From Welwitschia mirabilis (Eukaryota): 33,207 bases of DNA. Positions 12,101-23,232 of this stretch are shown in pieces; the first letter of the stretch is position 1, and each line of letters starts with the position of its first letter. Under the pieces are notes generated by a model. It was given only the letters and a program-made list of their open reading frames with translations, was not told the origin of the DNA and made no database searches. The stretch covers positions 31,866,655 to 31,899,861 of the forward strand of contig JBOZIK010000001.1 of NCBI GenBank assembly GCA_051453625.1, read 5' to 3'. Position numbers and translations under genes: made by a program.

Positions 12101-13198
12101 TTCTTTATGAATCCTTTCTTTATAAGTTAGCAGAAAAGGATAATTTTTGGTAACATGATAGTTGTCTTCATATAAATCATAGATTTACATAAAATTTCTT
12201 TTATTTGCAATTTTAGCATAAAAAATCATTTCTATATACTTCTTCAATGTGGTTATAAAATCTCTAAAAGAATTTGTAGCATTGTCTTCTACCTCTTTTT
12301 ATTGCTTCACCTATTTTAAGTCTTTAATAAGTTGGCATATTATTTGATTTTCTTTAGGTGATGACCATGTTTTATTAAGCTTCATAAGTTCTTCTAATTT
12401 TGTTCATCCATCATTTAAAGTAAGGTTCATGAGGTTTCCTCCATAAGAAAAATCTACAAGTAGTTTTATATGTGGAGTTAGTCTACTATAAAAGTAGTTT
12501 AGTTGTTCTACTTTTAAAAAGGCATCTACTAGATTAGATTGGATTGCTATAAAGAAACATTCATATGTGGAGGCATAGTCTTTATTTGGATTTTTTTGAA
12601 ATTTCATTACCTTTCTTTTTCTTTTTCTTATAGTTTCTTCACTCATGAATCTTTTTATAAAGGTTTTTTAAACTTGATCCCATGTTTTTATGCTTTTGTG
12701 GGGTAATGTTTTTAGCCAAAGTTTTGCCCTGCCTTTTAAAGTCATGGGAAAGATTACCATATATGTTCTATCTATTATTTTTTTCTTCCTATTTCTTGAG
12801 GTAAGGATAAGTTTTTCAATATCTTTAATGTGTTGAATAAGGTCCTCATCCTCTTCTCCACTAAAAGTTGGATAAGCATGTAAATTTTTGAGCTCTACAT
12901 CATCCCTTAGTGGTAGGTTAAATGGTGTTTGAATTTATCTATTCTTATTGGATAATAATTCTCTAAGGGTGAGATTGGCATTAGGGGTACAAGAGGTACT
13001 AAAAATTATAATTTGGTTCTCTCCTTCTATAGGTTATTCATTAAGAAAATTAGATTCAGAAAAAATAAATTTGGAAGGAGGATTGAGTGCACCTGGAAAT
13101 TGTTCTTTCGACTCTTTTTCTATGTTTACCAGTCCTTCTTTGAGGTTTTATTCTATTAGCTTCTTTTCTCTGAGATATTTATTTTCTAGATTTACCAT
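9190..13198 (-). pseudogene. Decayed gag-protease ORF of element 2
   Basis: ATG at 13198, then VELKNLHAYPTFSGEEDEDLIQHIKD, YFYSRLTPHIKLLVDFSYGGNLM, QRPQGALPIQLLSNP, VVTISGQEI and protease KALINIGESVNIMPL. The frame appears to end at ...KNLRPP* near 9190. Contains stops, frameshifts and N gaps. Confidence 0.88.
10016..10294 (-). repeat. Second, diverged copy of the protease-coding segment (paralog of ~11155-11430)
   Basis: 279-bp island between N gaps, colinear with 11155-11430 and encoding KALINIGASVNIMSL, with many substitutions relative to the other copy. Confidence 0.85.
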
Positions 13199-13656
13199 AT
13201 CAGAACATTCTACAAATAGAAAATAATAGAAAATAAATTAGAAGATAATAGACCATCATCCTGTCTATTATCTAGACAATAGAAGAGACGACACACACAG
13301 AGAATAGAAAAATAGAAATAGAACTAAAATTAAAACAGAAAGAATAAAATACAAAAAATAAAAATATCGTCCTCCTAGTCTTTCGCATGTCATAGGAGAC
13401 GACAAAGACTAATTTATTATAAAAAAATTGTAATTCAAACATAAACCAGAAAAAAAAATACACACTGTCATTCTGACTGTCATGGGGACAATAGAGGGGA
13501 TGATCATACTTTTTAAGAGAAAACCTAAATCTAAAGAATAAAACTAAAAAAATAACTCTTAGAAAACCTAAAGATCCTTATAAATACAACGTTGCATAGA
13601 GAAGTAACTAGAATACTTATTTGAACAACAATAACCTTTATACTCTTTGATAGCCT

Positions 13657-13675
13657 TCCCTGGCAATGAAGCTAA
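13657..13675 (-). other. Primer-binding site of element 2 (decayed tRNA-Asp type)
   Basis: Minus strand TAGCTTCATTGCCAGGGA(A) just after the 5' LTR resembles the Athila PBS TGGCGCCGTTGCCGGGGA, differing mostly by transitions. Confidence 0.75.
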
Positions 13676-13677
13676 TT

Positions 13678-14738
13678 TGTTACGGTGTGTATTTATGAAT
13701 GCTTTTATATTTAAATAGATATTATCATTAGTAATCAAAATATATATTATGCATAATACATCATGCTAATATAGTGGGAGTAACCCAAAATGTCGTATCT
13801 TATTGAAGCCTATTCATAAGAGAATTATGTTACTTTTGTAATTAAAGAGGAACTAGGAATAAAAAATGCAATAAAATAAACTACCATGCAAAGTTCAAGA
13901 TGCAATCTATACTAACATGTAATGCAAATGAATCCTAACCCTACTTGCTTTTTAGACTTGACAAAGGCTGCACTTGATTATCCATATCATCCAAGAAATT
14001 ATCATGAGATATTGGGCGAAATTAGACTATAAGGGACATAAGAAATACTACAATGCAAATAATACAAACATGTAAAGAAAACCAATATTTATATTAAAAG
14101 TGGTAACAATATCTGGGTTACAAAACAGTCATGTCTTAATGGAAGATACTCAGCCCCCTTCCACATGCTTGACTTTCTACAACTTTTAAGATAGATCTCT
14201 CACCCTTAACTGTTCTATCATGAGAATCTCTGGTGCATCAAATATGAGAAGGAGAATTGAGAGGGGTCTTATTTGTAGGAAAGTATAACAGAAAAGGATA
14301 AATAGAAGTTGTGGTTACACACACTCATTAAGGGCTCAGAAACAAATGAATGGCTAAGAGAATCTATCAGTAATAGTTACATATTAGTGTTGTTTGGGCT
14401 ATCATCCGAATGACATGGGCAATAACATACTATCACAAAATATCTTGACAGTAATGTAGTCCATGTAAGCAGTCATCGTCCTACCTTTCGTGTGGATGAC
14501 AAAGGGGACAACGGTATTTCTTAATGATTTTCTTGTGGAGAAACTTAGCTTTTTTTTGTCATAAAATGCTCTACTCATTGGAAAATGCCTTTAATGCATT
14601 AAATTTGGACAACAACTACACTTTTCAAGATTTCCTCTTGTATCTCCAAAATCGTTAGAATTGCATCAAAACCTATATAAAATTCCTACAAAAAAACTCA
14701 TAAAACCCATTAAATAACTATAAATTGGTAGTGCAACA
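13678..14738 (-). repeat. 5' LTR of element 2
   Basis: TGTTACGG...GTGCAACA, homologous to 4737-5779 and adjacent to the PBS. Confidence 0.92.
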
Positions 14739-15098
14739 CTTTAATAGATAGATTAAAACAGGTTTTGAATCTCTTATTTTCTTTGAGCTATTTTATCCTT
14801 AAGAGTTAATGAGGCTAATGTTTGAAGGTTTAAAAGGGAAAAAGGTTTGAGAGATAGATTCTTTAGAGGGATTTGAAGAGAAAAACAATTTATAAAATAA
14901 ATTACTTTTAGAAATAGATAAGGGACTTTTAGAAATGTGAAAAGTAGGATAATCATCTTCTTCTATTTTAGATTCAAATAAATCTTTCTTCCCTCTAGTT
15001 CTTGAATTAAAATCCACTAAACTTTTTAAATTATTTTGCTGACAAATTGCTTCTTCTACTAGTGCTTTTTATGAATTACCATTTCCTTGCATTTTCAT
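14739..15098 (-). pseudogene. N-terminal part of element 1 gag, separated from the rest by element 2
   Basis: Joining across the TSD gives ...ASLTLKDKIAQRK*EIQ/TCFNLSIREDMKLKNLKSYP (one frameshift). This is colinear with element 2 gag ANLTLRELLSNKNR*IQTPFNLPLRDDVELKNLHAYP. Candidate ATG at 15098. Confidence 0.8.
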
Positions 15099-16071
15099 AA
15101 ATTGTTAAACAAACTTCTTTACACCCAAATTAAAAAATTCCTATTAGATTACACAAAATATAAGAAAGATTCCATAATAATAATGAATGTGGCATCCACT
15201 TAGATTAAGTGAAACACATAGTATAAACCAAGTTCATTGAAAACATTGGTAATCTTTGAACTTTTAATAAAAAGTAAAAGTAACATAAATTTAAAAATCA
15301 AGCTAAACTATGAGAGTGAAAGTACAAACTAATATAACAAAAATAAAAAAAATATGTATACTAACTACACAAGTAAACATCTTAAAATTAATTTACTTAA
15401 TTGAGTAGTGATAATCAATCTTATAAATGCTCTTGAACTCCTCTCTAATGATGTTGTCAATTTGTTGGAGTATGTATCATGTGCTTTTCTTCAATTACTC
15501 ATCTTCAAATACAACTTACAATATTAGTAGCTTATGCACATGAAACACACTAGTATAGGGATTCAACCCAAATATTATATTGTAGAGAGAAATTTAAAAG
15601 TGAATTTAGAAGATTCAATAAAAAAGGATTAAAATGATTTTCTATTCTAAATTTCAGAATGATAAATGATGCAAATGCAAAAACAATGAATGAATGCAAA
15701 TATGAGATGCACGTGCCTAAATGGAAACACTAACCAAGTTTACCAATACTATATCAAAATCATAGTTAACTTGAGTTTGACATAACATAAAGAGAAATTA
15801 ACAAAAATAAAATGATATTTTATTAACCACCATGCTTCTTACATTAATAGTAACATAGTTGTTCCTAAATGAAGGATACATAGCCTAACACAAAGGTAAT
15901 CTCCTCTTCTATGTTAGATGGATATCTTACCCAAAATGCTCTAATATCACAAGTGATCTTGATGTAAGAAAGATAAGACATGGGGAACCTAAGAGGGGTA
16001 TTTATGGATTTGGATGACTATTTAGGTCACTAAGGATAGTAATAGATTAAGAGTATTCAAATCAATAATTT

Positions 16072-16196
16072 TGTAATATCTTCTTGAAGTAAAATTTTCT
16101 TGATGTAATGTCTTCTTAGCGTAATGCCTTCCTAGTATAATGTGTTCTTATGCATGTCTTCTTGATGTAAAGTCTTCGTGATGTAACATCTTCTTG
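16072..16196. repeat. 16-bp tandem repeat (TCTTCTTGATGTAATG)n, ~7-8 degenerate copies, inside the element 1 LTR
   Basis: Read directly from the sequence. Confidence 0.85.
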
Positions 16197-16294
16197 GATA
16201 TGTGGCATTTACCATGATGAGTTCAATACTTAACCTTTAAATCATAATGCCTTTACTAATCAATACTATTGCCATGTGTCATCAACATTACCAC

Positions 16295-16391
16295 CATGTC
16301 ACTATCACATGTCACTGTCACATGTCATTATCACATGTCACTACTAGATGTCATTGCCACATGCTACTATCATATGTCACTATCACATGTC
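16295..16391. repeat. 13-bp tandem repeat (CATGTCACTATCA)n, ~7 copies, inside the element 1 LTR
   Basis: Read directly from the sequence; it also explains the spurious ORF at 16269-16472. Confidence 0.9.
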
Positions 16392-17656
16392 TTCCTGCTC
16401 CTTAATTACTCCATTTTAATTCAAATTATTCTTAGTTCTTTATCTTTAGTATTTAACATCAAAAGTGGATAATTCAAGCATTAAATCTATAAAAAGGATT
16501 AAAAACGCACTTTAAACATGATGTTAAGTATGGATAATTTGGCTTGTAATAATTCTTTAAATAATCTTTACAATTTTGATTAAATATTTATTGATTAGAT
16601 TATTGATTATTGGTTCATGATAAAAATGGATTATGACATGGTAAAACTTATCTTTTTCATTCTCCATAATAAAATAGTCCAATGTATGTAGAATCTTAGT
16701 AGTAAACTTGTAAATAGAAAATGAAGATTCAAATACATTCTCTATTCTAAAAATAATTTGAGAAGAGATGGGATTAGTACTCTAAATGCACATATTTATT
16801 TAATTTTAAAAAAATAAACATGCCACAGAGAACAACAAGAGAATACAAAAAGTAGAAAGATCTATAAATTTGTAAGCAATAATTAATCCACTCTAGGTGA
16901 AGATACATTGTAAGTAAACTTACTTAATGAAATGGTAATTTGTTATTAGAGATATTATTTTTTATATAAGTTAGTATTTCTTTTATTTGTTTTATTAATG
17001 TATTCTTTTATAATTATTCACTTATTTGTAGTTTATAACATGATAAGTATCAAGTTTGCAAGATTACACAAAATAGAAAACAAATCAAAATAGAACCATA
17101 TCTCTTAAAGTAAGTTACATGTTTGAATTGCATTTATTTCTCTTTAATTTTAAAGATTCATTATTAGTTATTTATTCTAACTCAGTTCTTTATTAATGAA
17201 TTTTATTTTTCCACCTAAATCTAAAACTTCAGGATGAACTTTAGATTACTCTAATTTATAGGATTTGGCTCTTTACTTAATTCTTAGAAATGGTAAATAT
17301 CAAATAAATTAATACATCTTATAAGCCTAAATAATTGATTTTTTTTTCCAATTCATGTTTATTTGTTAAAGGTTTAATCAAATCTTTGAAGACCCCTTTT
17401 ACTTGTTTATTTAACTTTGCCTCATCATTTTTATTCCTCATTATATATGCTAAATATAATTCCATGGTATTCAAGCTTGAAGATCCTCTTCAAGAACCCT
17501 TGAAGGCCCTCTTTGGACTCTAATATATTATGATATAATAACTAAATATAATACTTAAGCTTAAAGATCCTCTTTGAAAAGCCTAAATTGTTAAATATAC
17601 CTTCAATATTTAGAATGTTATACTATCTTAAATACCAAAATACACCCATTAAATTA

Positions 17657-17662
<6 letters not shown>

Positions 17663-17706
<44 letters not shown>
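17663..17706. repeat. (CA)22 microsatellite preceded by (CT)3
   Basis: Perfect dinucleotide run. Confidence 0.98.
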
Positions 17707-17707
<1 letters not shown>

Positions 17708-18156
17708 TAACCTATAACTCAAAGGTCTCCTTTGAGTGTGAGGTATGTCCTTAAACTTACATCTAACATCATTGTGATCATTTTTCAGATTATCACAACA
17801 TCATTTCTATCTCAACTTCAAAGTCATCTTTAACTATGAGTTACTCGCTTTTCACTTATCACTTCACTTATCCTTTAATTAAGTTAGTTCATATCATTAG
17901 TATTGAATTCCAATTTAATGCCAAAATCTTTACTAATTATTTCTCTTACTAGTGCTAATGCATAACAATAACCTTTATTATTTACAAATAAGTAAAATAG
18001 TAATTTGTTATGCATTTCTTACCATCATGCTTTCTTTTTTGTGGTAAAGTACTTCCTCTTTTCTCTCATGATAATACATGTAACAGTTATTCTATTAGGT
18101 AATAACTTTTATTTACTACATTCAAAAGCATTCATGACTTTACTAGGGATGAGAAG

Positions 18157-18332
18157 TTAATTTGAAACTTGCATAATTCATCTAAACTTGAAACTTTTAC
18201 AATTCATCTAAACTTAAAACTTATAGAGTTTATTTAAGTGAGAAAATTATGTGGTTTTTTTAAACTTAAAACCTACATAGTTTATTTAAATTTGAAACTT
18301 GCATAGTTTATTTAACCTTAAAATATACCTAG
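18157..18332. repeat. ~26-bp degenerate tandem repeat (AACTTGAAACTTGCATA.TT.AT.TA), ~6 copies
   Basis: Recurring AAACTT(G/A)AAACTT...ATAGTTTATTTA / ATAATTCATCTA units upstream of the decayed ORF. Confidence 0.75.
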
Positions 18333-18533
18333 TGTATTAAGAATTTAAAATTAAAACTTACCTAAATAAGCTATTTATTAGGCTTACAAGTAGAGTTCCA
18401 AAGCAATTAAGGTTAGAACTAGTTTTATTTGAATTTAGATTTAAATAAGAGTTTATCTAACTGCATGAATCATTTATTTTATAAAATCTAAAATTTATCT
18501 CTTAAATAAGTTTTTAAAGTTACTCTAAGATCC

Positions 18534-21243
18534 ATGTTTGAAAAGTTTTAAGAAGAGAATTATTAAGCTTCGATGGTAGCGCAGGTTAACAATAAGTAAA
18601 AAATATAGTGTATAAATACTATTTAATTTTTACAACAATTTAAAATATCTTAAAGATAGTCAAATTCTTATCACAAATGTGAATAACACTATAATTGATT
18701 TCTTTCAAGAATATATTAGAAAAATATTTCAACTTTCAAAGAGAAAAATCCATTAAAAGTATAAATAAAAATAAAGAGATCTTATTTGAAAAAGTTTTAA
18801 ATAAGAAAGTAAGAATTGACCGTAATAAAAATTCACAATCTAAATTATTCATAATAACTCAAAATTTGGCTAATGATATATTTTTTATACTTATGAAATA
18901 AAAGGAAATGATTTTTCTTGGGATGTTTCTAGGTAAATATATGAAGAATACTACAAAATAGAAAATTGTTATTATAGTAGGATGCATGTTTTAGAATTTA
19001 ACTATACATATAATAAAAATGAGAAAGATGAAAACATCTAGAATCATTATGTTAATATTGTGATTTTTAATAATAAGGATGTTTAAAAGAAAAGGAGTAA
19101 ACCCTCAAATAAATAAACTTATGTTGAATTAACTATCTAATCTCTATTCAGTGTCAAGGAATTAAGTGTTCTAAAAGTAAAAGAAGAATAAAATTAAGGT
19201 TAGAAACCATTGATAACTAAAACTAGTTAAATGTTTTTTTCCATCAAATAATTAATTTTTCATATTAACGTTTAAAATCAAAGGAAATTCTTACTTTCTT
19301 CACTCATTTCTAGGAAATAGGATAGGGCCCCTTTTTTCTTAGAATAGTTATTACCTCCTCCAATTCTTTAACTAGGATCTTTTTCCAAATATTTATAAAG
19401 AAAAATTAAATACTATCTATAATTTCTTAGATACTTTTAAAGAGAAAGTTAAATCAATGATCCAAACAAAGATGTGATTTCTAGACTATAAAATAAAACT
19501 TCATATTTAAAAATAGAAAATAAGTACCTATATTAAGTTATAGTAGGAATTATAAAAAGCTAACAAATCTAAAGAAATATAGATTTTAGATTTTCATTTA
19601 AAAACCAATGTAAAATTAAGATTAGCCTATGAATTAATAACAAAATTAAAAACCACTTTAAAAGAAAATAATACCTCTAAGGCTTATCTAGTAAATAAAG
19701 AAAATATATTGANNNNNNNNNNNNNNNNNNNNNNNNNNNNNNNNNNNNNNNNNNNNNNNNNNNNNNNNNNNNNNNNNNNNNNNNNNNNNNNNNNNNNNNN
19801 NNNNNNNNNNNNTAATAACAAAATTAGAAACCACTTTAAAAGAAAAGAATACCTCTAAGGCTTATCTAGTAAATAAAGAAAATATATTGATCTCCATATA
19901 AAACATGATAATTTGTTTTAAAAAAATGATGCTAATTATATAGAGTATTAATAAAACTTTATTACATTAATGCATAATGAGGGCCTACCACCATTAAATA
20001 AATGATATTCGAAAAATATATATGTAGATTTAGAAGGAATAAATAAAAAACTATATGAAGATTCAAATGGAGGCTATTAATTAGAAATAGACATGAATGA
20101 AGGCATTAAATCAAAATAGTCTTTACTAGAATACTTTGAAGGATAATCAAAACTATTATTTAGTTGTTAGATGAAAATAGGACTTTAAAAATAAAATAAA
20201 GGCTAAAACTCTATAGGATTATTTTTCTAGGATCCTAAAGAGTCATTAATTTCATGAAAACGTTGTATCTACTTTTAGGGCCTTCTTAGAAAATGTTAAT
20301 CCCAAAATGAAAACTTAGCTGTTAAAAATAGAAAAGGAAATAAAAGGGCTATGGAAAAATATTTTACTTGTCTAAAAAATAATATCAAAATACTCTATCT
20401 AGAGTTGACTCAAGTATTGGTTTAGGACTAGAAAATGAAAATATTGAATTCATGAATAGAAAAGAAAATAGAATGTGAACATGAAGAGTTAGTAGTACCA
20501 AGGAGCATAGCTAATTATCCTAAAAAACTATATGATTTTATAAATTACATTTCAAAATAAATTAGAAAATGTCACTCAAATTTATAAACAATTGGAAGAT
20601 ATCATTTAAAAAACCTCTAGTGAATGAACTAAGATTTGAAAAATTTTTGAAATAAGAATTATAGAGTGGACAAAATAAAAGTGGAATTTTATTAAAAGAA
20701 AGAAGTATTATCCATGAAGGGCATTAGCAATCTAATGAATAAAATAATAGATAAACTTTATAAAATAATGAAAGATTGTAAAATAAACATGAAAAGTTAT
20801 ATAGTGACATCAGAGGATATTAAAACGTTATACCTCTTTAAAGACAAAGTGGTAAAATATATGAACATGTTAAGAGGAACAATCTCAAATATGTTTTCAA
20901 AGATGAATAAAGAGAATACTTTAGGTATAAGTACCATTTCTTTTAAAAAATATTCCAAAACATTAGGCATAATTATCAAAATAACATAAGAACTATCCAT
21001 TACTAAAAAGTCCCCTGTAGCATCTAAGAAATAGATCCTAAAAAAAATCTCTAAGAGAGCCAAGTCTTCCTTAAGACATATGGATAGGGAAAGGAAAATT
21101 CAAAATAAAGTTAAAGTTTAAATAATTAGAAATGATTGATCTAGATCACCTTATATTTCAAAAGAATAAAGAAAGCTTTTGGTCTAGATAGAATAAGCAT
21201 TTGGTCCAAATAGAATAAGAAAGGAAGAAAGGAAGGTATGTTA
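18534..21243 (+). pseudogene. Large decayed ORF of unknown function, probably the extra (3') ORF of an LTR retrotransposon
   Basis: Purine-rich plus-strand segment that reads as protein over long stretches when TAA/TAG stops and frameshifts are tolerated (e.g. FITLMHNEGLPPLNK*YSKNIYVDLEGINKKLYEDSNGGY; FHENVVSTFRAFLENVNPKMK; ORF 20714-20989). It ends ~85 bp before a PPT-like motif. No domain recognised; the start is approximate. Confidence 0.5.
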
Positions 21244-21342
21244 ATTGGTATAATAAATTAAGGAACTTGATTTCTAAGAAAACTAACCCTTTGTGGTTAA
21301 TAAAAGAAGATGATTAATAAAATATTGAGTATGGGGGAAAAC

Positions 21343-22359
21343 TAATGAAGCTAAAATGTTAACTAATATTTTGCATAATTAGTTTTATATTTGATAATTT
21401 CATGGTTAATATTTATAGATTCTGCTACCTATATAGTTTTAAAATTAATATTAATAATGTTACTTGTGTTAGTAATATTAGTAGTTAGTGGTTATTTATT
21501 TTTTTATATTTCACATTCAAATAGTTTACTATAGGTAAAAATATACTAATATTATTATATGGCATTGAAATAAATAAGTGATTGGAACAAATATGATAAG
21601 AGATACCTAACTAAAATATCCTTAAACTTAGGAAGAGGTAATGAAAATATAGAAGAAAAAAGACGAATCAAATTCTTGAGAGGAAATCTATACAATCCTA
21701 AGGATAAAAAAGTATGAAAAATATTTTAATAAGGAAAAATAAGATAATACCAATAATGGTCCTTTATGGAAGACTAATCTAAGGCCTTTACTATAATTTC
21801 TACTTCATTGCTACTTACAAAGGAAATATTATTTGTAATTAGATACTTGTGATAATGTAAGAATTATATTTCTAAAAAGAATTATGACTATGTTATGACC
21901 TTATTATAGCATGTATTTGGACTTATTTAACTAAAAATTTTTATTTCTTATGTTGTTAACTTACTAATAATCACTTGAAAAGGCACTATTTTCTTTAATC
22001 ATTTTTTGGTATATACCATTAAACATATCATAGTATGTTTAGAGTACTTAGAAATAGGTATTATTTTAGTATAAGAACTTCACAAAGCTATATTTCATTC
22101 CATGTCATATATAATATGTATATAAGTAATAATTGATAAATCTCCAACTTAAGTTACTTGTTGTTCCCTATAAATATCTCATCTTGGTAATACAATTTGA
22201 GTTAAATTGGTAAAAATGTTAATTATCTTAGTTAGTTATTTTTAGTGACCTTAATGCTTTTAGAGTCATGATTGAATCTAATATTTAAGCTAGTAGTAAA
22301 ATTTCTTAGTATATTTGTTGTAAAATTTAGTATTATTTGTGCATATTTGCTTTTCAACA
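21343..22359 (+). repeat. Putative 3' LTR of a plus-strand Athila/Tat-type element, PPT at 21327-21341
   Basis: GAGTATGGGGGAAAAC is followed by TAATGAAGC and, ~1 kb later, GCTTTTCAACA (imperfect terminal inverted repeat). No partner LTR in the window. Confidence 0.5.
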
Positions 22360-22490
22360 GTAAGCTTAATAATATTTTTACCTTTAAAACTATTAATTAC
22401 ATGATAACTAGTATTTAAAATTAGTTAGAGTTAACTAGTGTAGCCTTGAAATTTAAAATGGATTATATAAAAAATTATTTACATAGAGAG

Positions 22491-23232
22491 GCATAATATA
22501 TTTGTATAGCTATGTGCAACATTATCAAGAGGTAAAAGAACTATCTCACATAGTTTAAAATATGTAAACTAGTAAGATAATATCTTTGAATTAGGATTTT
22601 TAACTTCAAATATAAGGACAATAAGAATAAAAAGTATGTATGAATTCTTCAACATTGGAAGTTTTCACTAACTAGCTACATTATCTTTCATTATATTAGA
22701 TGGAACATGTGGCTCTCTATCTTAGTTATTTAATAAGGTAGCCTTGTAATAGAGTTTTTCATATGTAATAGGTTGCTTCTTATCCTTAATCTAATAAATA
22801 TCTATTTTTATTTTTTAAATAAGGTTTTTTCATTTTAATTATAAAATTTTATTCTCTTCTGTTGATATAATAACAATCATGCTTTATAACTCATAGGTTT
22901 ACTTATAAGTTATGACATTGTATAATGTAATCATAGGTGTTATAATGTTAAGTTAATCTATTTAATATATTCTTAGATACTTTATTCAACCTCAATTACT
23001 AATTCATCATTATCAAAATATAAGATCCCTTATCATAGAAGCTTTACCTGTGATGGCATTGGATTGATGGATAAATTTATCTTTTTATACACATTTTTTC
23101 TTACTATGTAACATGTGTGCATACTATTATAATACCTTTACATATTTAAGAGATATAATAATTGACTAATATTTTAGATTAAAATGTTTGTTAGTGCTCC
23201 ATTACCAATATATATGGTCCTTTATATTAGTG
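22491..23232. repeat. Copy 1 of a ~740-bp direct duplication (integrase GPY end plus downstream region)
   Basis: Colinear with 24288-24924 joined to 26897-27005. Confidence 0.92.

Larger units (their letters stand above)
4737..14738 (-). mobile_element. Athila-like Ty3/gypsy element 2: two LTRs, PBS, PPT and TSD; only gag-protease visible
   Basis: Homologous LTRs at 4737-5779 and 13678-14738 with TGTT...AACA ends. PBS at 13657-13675, PPT at 5780-5796, and 5-bp flanks CTCTA (4732-4736) and CTTTA (14739-14743). Confidence 0.92.
2648..16551 (-). mobile_element. Athila-like Ty3/gypsy element 1 (outer); 5' LTR, gag and protease visible; interrupted by element 2 and cut on the left by the Sirevirus
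   Basis: Minus-strand gag and aspartic protease motifs at 2750-4736, gag N-terminus at 14739-15098, a degenerate PBS at ~15441-15461 and an LTR-like block at 15463-16551. Confidence 0.8.
15463..16551 (-). repeat. Putative 5' LTR of element 1
   Basis: Begins TGTTGGAG next to a degenerate PBS (minus strand TTGACAACATCATTAGAGAG) upstream of gag. Contains internal minisatellites. The right end is approximate (GCTTGTAATA). Confidence 0.65.

Noticed and set aside
16072..18332. Short repeat arrays as possible CRISPR
   Set aside because: They are head-to-tail degenerate units without unique spacers, there are no cas genes, and the context is a plant TE nest.
19635..19890. ~78-bp direct repeat around gap 19713-19812
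   Set aside because: 100-N overlap artefact with two mismatches.
18534..21243. Endogenous caulimovirid assignment for the unknown ORF
   Set aside because: A-rich composition is suggestive, but I found no movement protein, zinc-knuckle coat, RT (YxDD) or RNase H motif, so I left it unassigned.
21343..22359. Solo LTR interpretation
   Set aside because: The flanks (AAAAC / GTAAG) do not form a TSD and a PPT-like motif abuts the left end, favouring a 3' LTR still attached to internal sequence.
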